From contig DASSIE010000010.1 in NCBI GenBank assembly GCA_035692185.1, positions 2,879 through 66,878 of the forward strand: a DNA stretch of 64,000 nucleotides, in the 5' to 3' direction. Both the position numbers and the translations under genes were made by a program. This document shows positions 57,239 to 64,000 of the stretch, piece after piece. This DNA is from Patescibacteria group bacterium. GTDB taxonomy: Bacteria; Patescibacteriota; Microgenomatia; UBA8517. The notes beneath the pieces are model-generated. The model was not told where the DNA came from, did not search any database, and saw only the letters and a list, made by a program, of their open reading frames with translations. Every line of letters starts with the position of its first letter. The first letter of the stretch is position 1.

Positions 57239-58563
57239 TCACAATTTTAATAATAATAATTCTAATTAACGTTTTTGTATTGTCAAAGCTTGTATTTTTT
57301 CCGTATCCTGAACTTTTTATTTATCCATATCTAACTAACCATGGTCTTATTCCTTACACCGACATACTCGACCAACATTTTCCAGGTCTTATTTTTTTTC
57401 CTGTTAACCTTGGAACATTGGGAATGCATTCCCCAGAAATTGCTCGCTATTGGCAGTATGGGGCGGTCGTAATTATCCACCTAATTTTGTATTTAGTTGC
57501 AAAAAAGATACTAGGGCCAAAAAAAGCATTACTCGCAAATTTAATATTTTTAATTTGGCAGCCATATTTTGAAGGATGGGTTCTTTGGATTGATTCGTTT
57601 TTGCCAATTCTAATTCTATCTTCGCTTTATTTTCTAATATCTAAGAAAAACTTTTGGTCAGGATTTTTTCTTGGCGTAGCACTTCTTTTTAAACAAGTAA
57701 TAGCGCCACTTATTGCACTCGTTGGACTTTACATACTTTTTAAAGAAAGAAAATTCAAACCAGCCTTCATATTTAGTCTGGGTGTACTAATACCAACCTT
57801 ATTTTTAATTAAATATGTAAACGATTTAGGCATTTGGAAGGATTTTATTTTTTGGACTGTCACTTTTAATACCGGTGTTTTTGCCGAAATGGGTAGGAAA
57901 TATGGAACAATAAGTGAGATTGCAAGGGTGGTGGGTGTATACGGGTTTGCAGCTTTTTCTTTTTTTGACGAAAAATTTAGAGAGAATACACTTCTGATTG
58001 GAATATTTTTAATAGGATCGCTGGCGAGTGTTTATGCCAGGTTTGATTTTGTACACCTCCAACCGAGTTTGCCATTTGTAGCACTACTAAGCGCGATATC
58101 GATTAATTGGCTTTTAAAAAAGAAATATTTAAAGGTTTTGATTGCAATATACATATTGGTGGCTATTTATTTACTCTCACAATTTTATAAGGGTCTTGTT
58201 GGATCAAAAATTTTTTTCCAGGGAGAAACAGAAAGACGTGTAACACAAGTGGTCCAAAGATTATCAAAAAAGGAAGACAAAATATTTTCTCTTGGAACAA
58301 TGCCGATAGTTTACGAAATGGCAGATAGGCTCCCCCCAGGGAACGTTTTTGTTTTTCAATTCCCTTGGTTTATGACTGTAGCAGAAAACCGTATTTTATC
58401 GGGTATAATTAGTGATCCACCAAAGGTTGTGGTGAGAGACGTCAACGCGGTTGTTGAGGGTAAAAAGCTGATTTTATATATGCCCAAAATTAACGACTAT
58501 ATAAATGAGCATTATAAAGTTATCGATAAAATTGATGAAATTGAAATAATGGTTAGAAAATAA
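57235..58563 (+). CDS. Polytopic integral membrane protein, putative GT-C-like glycosyltransferase (DUF2029/GT87-like)
   Basis: 442 aa. First loop LIPYTDILDQHFPGLIFFPV, about 10 TM helices. GVALLFKQVIAPLIALVGLYIL resembles a motif in 1008..2189. Confidence 0.35.
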   Translation: MITILIIIILINVFVLSKLVFFPYPELFIYPYLTNHGLIPYTDILDQHFPGLIFFPVNLGTLGMHSPEIARYWQYGAVVIIHLILYLVAKKILGPKKALLANLIFLIWQPYFEGWVLWIDSFLPILILSSLYFLISKKNFWSGFFLGVALLFKQVIAPLIALVGLYILFKERKFKPAFIFSLGVLIPTLFLIKYVNDLGIWKDFIFWTVTFNTGVFAEMGRKYGTISEIARVVGVYGFAAFSFFDEKFRENTLLIGIFLIGSLASVYARFDFVHLQPSLPFVALLSAISINWLLKKKYLKVLIAIYILVAIYLLSQFYKGLVGSKIFFQGETERRVTQVVQRLSKKEDKIFSLGTMPIVYEMADRLPPGNVFVFQFPWFMTVAENRILSGIISDPPKVVVRDVNAVVEGKKLILYMPKINDYINEHYKVIDKIDEIEIMVRK

Positions 58564-58566
58564 TAT

Positions 58567-59622
58567 ATGAAAATAGGAATAGATATAAGCCAAATTGTTT
58601 ACGGAACAGGAGTGTCGCTTTACACCAAACAACTGGTGGAAAATTTGCTAAAAATTGATACCCAAAACCAATATGTTTTGTTTGGAGGATCGCTGCGTAG
58701 AAAGCAGGATATTTTAAATTTGTTTCCACAATCAAAGGTATTTCCAATCCCTCCCACACTGGCAGACCTTGTTTGGAATAGATTACATGTAATGCCAGTT
58801 GAGAAGTTGATTGGGGAGATAGATGTTTTGCATACTTCCGACTGGACAGAACCGCCATCTAAAGCTTTTAAAGTAGCTACAGTACACGATCTTTACTCTT
58901 TAAAGTTTCCTAGAATGATAGATCCGTTAATCCGTGAAGTTCACAAAAGAAAGCTAGCATGGGTTTTTAAAGAATCCAGCAGAGTAATAGTTCCTTCAAA
59001 AGCAACAAAAGATGACCTAATAGGTTTTGGGATGGATGAAAATAAAATTAGAGTTATTCAAGAGGCTCCGAATTTAGAAAAAGCCACGAGTGCGGAAGTC
59101 GAGAAAACAAAACAAAAATATGGAATAACAGGGGATTACGTTATTGCTATTGGTATTACAAAACTTAAAAACACAGAAAACATAATTAAAGCCTTTGACT
59201 TAGCCAGACATGGCCAGGATATTAAGTTGTTATTGGTAGGTAGACCAGTAGGAGTAAAGCTCGAAGTGGTACGAAACGTGCGTAATTTGGGGTATATTGA
59301 GTCAGATGAGTTGTCACCCTTATTGACAGGATCAAGAGGGCTTATTTTCCCATCTATATACGAAGGGTTTGGAGTACCAATACTTGAAGCATTTAATTGT
59401 GGAGTTCCTGTTGTTACGTCGAATATCGGTAGCATGCTTGAGGTGGCCGGGGACGCGGCTGTACTTGTTGACCCATATAATGTTAATTCTATCGCTGAAG
59501 GAATAATTAAAGCCCTTAAGGGGCCTAAGGGACTAATTGAGAAGGGTACCTCTCGTGTTAAGCAATTTTCTTGGGAGGACACAGCTAGAAAAACATTGGA
59601 AGTATATATGGAAGCAAAATAA
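58567..59622 (+). CDS. GT4 family glycosyltransferase
   Basis: PSIYEGFGVPILEAFNCGVPVVTSNIGS. Confidence 0.65.
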   Translation: MKIGIDISQIVYGTGVSLYTKQLVENLLKIDTQNQYVLFGGSLRRKQDILNLFPQSKVFPIPPTLADLVWNRLHVMPVEKLIGEIDVLHTSDWTEPPSKAFKVATVHDLYSLKFPRMIDPLIREVHKRKLAWVFKESSRVIVPSKATKDDLIGFGMDENKIRVIQEAPNLEKATSAEVEKTKQKYGITGDYVIAIGITKLKNTENIIKAFDLARHGQDIKLLLVGRPVGVKLEVVRNVRNLGYIESDELSPLLTGSRGLIFPSIYEGFGVPILEAFNCGVPVVTSNIGSMLEVAGDAAVLVDPYNVNSIAEGIIKALKGPKGLIEKGTSRVKQFSWEDTARKTLEVYMEAK

Positions 59623-59627
59623 AAAAT

Positions 59628-60758
59628 ATGATTATTGGTATTGATGGCAACGAAGCTAATGTTAAGAATAGAGTAGGGGTAAACATGTATGCCTTCAAGC
59701 TCATTTGGAATTTGTGGAAACTACAGGGGGAATGGGAATCTCGTCATAGACTTATAGTTTACTTAAAAAATGAACCACTCCCCGACCTTCCGAAAGAAAC
59801 GCAAAACTTCAAGTATAAAATTGTTTCTGGGGGCGGACTTTGGATAGTTACTAAATTAATTCCAAATCTATTTTTTAGTCGGCCCATGCCTGATATTTTT
59901 TTCTCTCCGAGCCATTACGTTCCGTTTTTATCTCCGACACCGACGATTTGTTCAATTATGGACCTGGGTTACCTCGAATATACGGGACAATTTACTAAAA
60001 AAGACTTTTGGCAGTTAAAACTGTGGACTGCTATTTCAATTTTTGTATCAAAGTCTATCATTGCTATATCAAATAGTACGAAAAATGAGATTGTACGACA
60101 CTACCCATTTTCGAATAATAAAATTTATATTACGCACCTCGCATCTGACATAAGCGAACGAGATATGAATATCTCACCAGCCGATGTGCGACGCATCAAA
60201 AATAGGTACTCCATAGTTGATGACTATGTGCTGTACATCGGAACCTTAAAACCAAGCAAGAACATTGAGGGTTTGATCGAAGCGTTCTCTAAAATTAATA
60301 TTCCAAGTTCAAAAATACAGCTAGTTATTGCCGGCAAGAAAGGTTGGCTCTACGAAACGATTATTGAAAAGGTAAAAAGTTTGAAATTGGAAGATAAGGT
60401 TATTTTTACAGATTATATTAGTGAAGAAGACAAATCGATACTCAGAAAGGGTGCAAAAGTGTTTGTACAACCATCATTTTGGGAGGGTTTTGGAATAGAC
60501 ACCCTATCAGCCATGGCCGTTGGGGTACCGGTTGTTGCATCAAACGCTGGGAGTTTGCCGGAAGTAGTAGGGAACGCGGGAATTTTAGTTGACCCCTATA
60601 ACACGGATAGTATCGCAGGTGGCATTAAAGAGGTGCTTTTAGCTAGTACTTCGAAGTATAATAGTATGGTCAAGGCAGGTGAAGCCCAGGCTAACAAGTT
60701 TTCTTGGGAAAAGTGTGCCCGGGAAACATTAAAAATACTCGAGGCCAGCCAGAGATAA
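59628..60758 (+). CDS. GT4 family glycosyltransferase
   Basis: PSFWEGFGIDTLSAMAVGVPVVASNAGS. Confidence 0.65.
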   Translation: MIIGIDGNEANVKNRVGVNMYAFKLIWNLWKLQGEWESRHRLIVYLKNEPLPDLPKETQNFKYKIVSGGGLWIVTKLIPNLFFSRPMPDIFFSPSHYVPFLSPTPTICSIMDLGYLEYTGQFTKKDFWQLKLWTAISIFVSKSIIAISNSTKNEIVRHYPFSNNKIYITHLASDISERDMNISPADVRRIKNRYSIVDDYVLYIGTLKPSKNIEGLIEAFSKINIPSSKIQLVIAGKKGWLYETIIEKVKSLKLEDKVIFTDYISEEDKSILRKGAKVFVQPSFWEGFGIDTLSAMAVGVPVVASNAGSLPEVVGNAGILVDPYNTDSIAGGIKEVLLASTSKYNSMVKAGEAQANKFSWEKCARETLKILEASQR

Positions 60759-60765
60759 TTAAATT

Positions 60766-61362
60766 ATGTTAAAAGACAAAAACGGGAAATCATTATCAAA
60801 TTCTCAAGTTTTACAAAAGGCGGGTAGCCGTATTTATAACTACATACTTGATGTTGAACTTATGGTCTTAAGGTGGGTTGGGTATATACCATCTCATTTT
60901 ATTCGAAAATTTTTCTATCGCCTGGCGGGAATCAAAATTGGAAAAGGTTCAGCAGTCCACATGTGGGCAAATTTCTTTGAACCAAATAATATAAACATCG
61001 GCAACGATACAATTATCGGTGACCGTGTTTTTCTTGATGGTAGGTCAATGCTAACAATTGGAAATCATGTAGATATAGCTTCACAGGTTTTGATCTACAA
61101 TTCAGAACACGATTTAGAAAAAGAGGATTTTTCTGCGCGTACCGAGCCCGTGCAAATCGGTGACTATGTATTTATTGGTCCAAGAGCAATAATTTTGCCG
61201 GGAGTAAAAATTGGGAAAGGTGCAATTATTGCTGCAGGGGCGGTTGTAACAAAAGATGTACAAGATTTTGCAATTGTTGGTGGTGTACCAGCAAAGGAAA
61301 TTGGCGAGCGCACTAATAAAAATCCAAATTACAAACTCGGTCGTCCCCGTCTTTTTCAATAG
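60766..61362 (+). CDS. Hexapeptide-repeat sugar O-acetyltransferase (WcaF/WbbJ/maltose O-acetyltransferase-like)
   Basis: NINIGNDTIIGDRVFLDG...IGNHVDIASQVLIY...VQIGDYVFIGPRAIILPGVKIGKGAIIAAGAVV, typical left-handed beta-helix. Confidence 0.6.
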   Translation: MLKDKNGKSLSNSQVLQKAGSRIYNYILDVELMVLRWVGYIPSHFIRKFFYRLAGIKIGKGSAVHMWANFFEPNNINIGNDTIIGDRVFLDGRSMLTIGNHVDIASQVLIYNSEHDLEKEDFSARTEPVQIGDYVFIGPRAIILPGVKIGKGAIIAAGAVVTKDVQDFAIVGGVPAKEIGERTNKNPNYKLGRPRLFQ

Positions 61363-61367
61363 TCCTT

Positions 61368-61889
61368 ATGAAAAAAGTTGCAAAAATTTTATTTGTTTTG
61401 TTTGGAATTGGGCTATTTGTATATTTAGCTTGGCCTGCACCACTTTTCCCAAAAACATTGTGGGATTTTGAGTCTTCAACCGAACCTGCGGATAAGGAAT
61501 CTCCATTAAGACGTGGATATTACACAAATTTAACTCGAGAGCAATTAATGGACCATTATTCAAAAGAATTTAATTGGGGTCTAAGGCTTAATTACCCACC
61601 TGAGGAAGCAAAAACTATAATAAGAGATCAAACCAAGGCTACATTCCTGGAAGAAATAGTTCACCCAATGCGGGAATCATTGTTTATTGCTGGTAATGAG
61701 CAAAAACCCGGTAAGGGGCTATTCGAGATTAATGGTAATAAGTTTAAGCAAAAAGTAATTGTAAAATATGTTGACTCGAATATTTTTGTTAGAATCGCGA
61801 TTGGAGCTTCTATTATGATCCTGATATGGATACTAGTAATGGAATGGGCAACAACTATAGAAAAAAACAAAAAATGGATCTCTCGATAA
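61368..61889 (+). CDS. Membrane protein of unknown function (N- and C-terminal TM helices flanking a soluble domain)
   Basis: 173 aa. N-terminal ILFVLFGIGLFVYLAW, C-terminal IAIGASIMILIWILVM. No motif recognised. Confidence 0.3.
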   Translation: MKKVAKILFVLFGIGLFVYLAWPAPLFPKTLWDFESSTEPADKESPLRRGYYTNLTREQLMDHYSKEFNWGLRLNYPPEEAKTIIRDQTKATFLEEIVHPMRESLFIAGNEQKPGKGLFEINGNKFKQKVIVKYVDSNIFVRIAIGASIMILIWILVMEWATTIEKNKKWISR

Positions 61890-62779
61890 TAATCACTAGT
61901 TTTAATACAAAAGACCTTTTAACAACTTGTATTAAATCTATTTTCAAATTTACAAAAAATATTAATTTTGAAGTTATAGTCGTAGACAACAATTCTACCG
62001 ATGGGTCAGCCGAAGCAGCCAAGGCTTTAGGTTCAGTCATAATCAAAAATAAAGAAAACCTTGGGTTTGCAACTGCAAACAATCAAGGATTTAAAATTTC
62101 TCGGGGTAAATACATCCTTTTCTTAAACTCTGACACTGAAATTAATGATAATGTTCTTGGGGAAATGATTTCTTGGATGAAAGATAACACAACAGTTGGA
62201 GTTTCTTCGAGTGCACTAAGGAATAAAGACGGAAGTATGCAGGCAACAGGTGGCTATTTTCCAACACTTCCTAGAGTTTTTTCTTGGATGACAATTCAAG
62301 ATCTGCCTTTTGTTGACAATATAATCAAGCCTTTTCACCCATACCACGCCAAATCATTTTTTTCCAAGGGCGACAGTTTTTATAGATCTAAAAAAGAACT
62401 TGATTGGGTAACAGGTGCATTTTTGCTTTGTAGACGGGAGGCTTTAGAAAAAATAAAGGGTTGGGATGAAACATTCTTTATGTATGTCGAGGAAGTTGAT
62501 TTGTGTTTTAGAGTAAAGCAAATGGGGTATTCAATTTGGTACTTACCAAAATGGAATATAACCCACCTTGGAGGGGCAAGTAGTAAAACTAGTGAGTTCT
62601 CTTTAATATCTGAATATAAAGGTGTAATAAAGTTTTACGCAAAACATTACCCCTCGTGGCAACTTCCAATATTAAGGCTAATTCTAAAAATTGGCGCTCT
62701 GGGCAGAATAATACTATTTGGTATACTGGAAGGACCAAGTTCAGCAAAAATATATGCAAAAGCTTTCAGCACTGTTTAA
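61826..62779 (+). CDS. GT2 family glycosyltransferase
   Basis: LSIIITSFNTKDLL...FEVIVVDNNSTDGS...FLNSDTE. Confidence 0.6.
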   Translation: MDTSNGMGNNYRKKQKMDLSIIITSFNTKDLLTTCIKSIFKFTKNINFEVIVVDNNSTDGSAEAAKALGSVIIKNKENLGFATANNQGFKISRGKYILFLNSDTEINDNVLGEMISWMKDNTTVGVSSSALRNKDGSMQATGGYFPTLPRVFSWMTIQDLPFVDNIIKPFHPYHAKSFFSKGDSFYRSKKELDWVTGAFLLCRREALEKIKGWDETFFMYVEEVDLCFRVKQMGYSIWYLPKWNITHLGGASSKTSEFSLISEYKGVIKFYAKHYPSWQLPILRLILKIGALGRIILFGILEGPSSAKIYAKAFSTV

Positions 62780-64000
62780 CAAAACATTCAAATATTTAAT
62801 TGCTGCACTATTAATTATCGTTCCACTTTATCCTAAATTTCCATTTATCCAGATTCCAGGTACTTACGTGGCTATACGAGCAGAAGATTTTTTGCTTGCC
62901 ACAATGGCGATATTTATTTTAGTTAAATTTACTCCAACTATTAAAAAATTTTTGACAGACGATATTGTACGAGCAATGATATTATTCTTAAGTGTTGGGC
63001 TTGTGTCTTTTATTTCTGGAGTATTGTTAACAAAAACGGTAGTTTTTAACATCGGTATTCTCCACTTTTTTCGTCGTATTGAATATTTTATACCTTTTTT
63101 TGCGGCCTTCGCTGTTCTTTATGATAAAAAAGAAAAGAACCTAGAATTTTACTTAAAGGTTTTAATGATTGTTATTTTTGGTGCGTTTATCTATGGATTT
63201 GGCCAGCGTTATTTTAACTTTCCAGTAATAATTACTCAGGACTCTGAATCCTCAAAGGGACTGGCTTTAAGGTGGACTGCTGGGAGCCAAATAACCTCAA
63301 CTTTTGCCGGTCACTATGATCTTGCTGCATTTATGGTTTTGGTTTTACCAATTATTATAAGTTTATATTTTGTTCTTGAGAATAAACTAACAAAATCATT
63401 ACTGTTAATTGTCGCGCTCTCCGGTTTTTGGCTTTTGGTGAGCACTGCTTCAAGGATTTCATTAGCTTCTTATTTGATATCAGCCTGTTTTTCTCTATTT
63501 TTACTTAAAAAATATAAAGGAATTGTTTTTGTGGTTCTAATAAGCATCGTGTTAAGTGGATTTTCATCAAATCTATTCGCAAGGTATAAAAGTTTAATTG
63601 ATGTTTATTCACAAAAAATCATGAATTTAAAGATTGTTGACAATAATCCATTTAGATTTGTTGTTTCAGCCCAGGAGACTACTTTGAATAAGCGTGAAGC
63701 TACTCCAATTCCAGCCCCATCAATACCTGTAGTTGAAGATAGGTCAACTTCAATTAGATTAAATGTTGAGTGGCCACGGGCAATCCGTTCGTTTACAAAG
63801 AATCCCCTGATCGGAACCGGTTATTCATCAATCGGTTTAGCAACAGATAACGACTATTTAAGACTACTGGCAGAAGTTGGTCTATTGGGATTTTTAGCAT
63901 TCATGCTTATAATGGTTAGAATAATGTTTGTTTTTATTTCAGCTTTACCATTAACCCAAAAATTTTCGGGTATTGAACTTGGTTTTATAGCAGGGACAAT
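62754..64000 (+). CDS. O-antigen ligase/polymerase (Wzy_C domain)-like polytopic membrane protein, 3'-partial (runs off window)
   Basis: I translated this frame by hand from ATG 62754. It stays open to the window end, so it is absent from the ORF track. About 10 hydrophobic helices plus a periplasmic loop ...RLNVEWPRAIRSFTKNPLIGTGYSSIGLATDNDYLRLLAEVGLLGF, which resembles the Wzy_C/WaaL loop motif. Confidence 0.5.
   Translation, partial: MQKLSALFNKTFKYLIAALLIIVPLYPKFPFIQIPGTYVAIRAEDFLLATMAIFILVKFTPTIKKFLTDDIVRAMILFLSVGLVSFISGVLLTKTVVFNIGILHFFRRIEYFIPFFAAFAVLYDKKEKNLEFYLKVLMIVIFGAFIYGFGQRYFNFPVIITQDSESSKGLALRWTAGSQITSTFAGHYDLAAFMVLVLPIIISLYFVLENKLTKSLLLIVALSGFWLLVSTASRISLASYLISACFSLFLLKKYKGIVFVVLISIVLSGFSSNLFARYKSLIDVYSQKIMNLKIVDNNPFRFVVSAQETTLNKREATPIPAPSIPVVEDRSTSIRLNVEWPRAIRSFTKNPLIGTGYSSIGLATDNDYLRLLAEVGLLGFLAFMLIMVRIMFVFISALPLTQKFSGIELGFIAGT

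Noticed and set aside
1-64000. CRISPR arrays, tRNA/rRNA genes, transposases/integrases, prophage or defense systems
   Set aside because: No regularly spaced direct repeats and no intergenic stretch long enough for an RNA gene (largest spacer 69 bp). None of the proteins shows transposase, integrase, nuclease or restriction-modification motifs. The MTases are small-molecule/sugar-type, not DNA MTases.

Overview
This AT-rich (roughly one-third GC by eye), very gene-dense window is almost entirely a cell-envelope glycan / glycoconjugate biosynthesis supercluster. About 55 tightly packed genes, many translationally coupled, encode about 11 GT2 and 7 GT4 glycosyltransferases. Five GT39/PMT/ArnT-like paralogs sit in tandem on the + strand with a sixth inverted, and many further polytopic GT-C-like membrane proteins are present. 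Three of the GT2 enzymes are Dpm1/Alg5-like polyprenol-phosphate-sugar synthases. There are three giant YfhO/AftD-like membrane proteins and about 10 SAM-methyltransferase domains, counting an FkbM-type enzyme and the MTase halves of two fusion proteins. The window also holds two hexapeptide acetyltransferases and a GDP-sugar module (Nudix Gmm-like hydrolase, GDP-mannose 3,5-epimerase-like enzyme, further SDR epimerases/reductases, a WecB-like 2-epimerase). Two Wzx-type flippases are present, one broken by an in-frame TAA and preceded by a 17-bp tandem duplication. A Wzy/O-antigen-ligase-like gene runs off the 3' end. I saw no rRNA, tRNA, CRISPR, transposase or integrase. Intergenic space is almost nil, and convergent genes overlap at their 3' ends. 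Gene content and protein style (ArnT/PMT-like N-termini with NWDE...GYNAYSILKTG) fit a small-genome CPR-like (Microgenomates/Parcubacteria-type) bacterium, but that is inference. The most unusual items are listed next. (i) The polyprenol-P-monosaccharide plus GT-C dominated logic of the locus, with no initiating phosphoglycosyltransferase in view. (ii) An 818-aa tri-domain fusion (SDR-like domain lacking the catalytic Tyr, MTase-like domain, Dpm1-like GT2). (iii) A bacterial GDP-mannose 3,5-epimerase (L-galactose/L-gulose route). (iv) The three paralogous giant membrane proteins. (v) The extreme methyltransferase load. All functional calls rest on motif-level recognition by eye and need HMM/BLAST confirmation.
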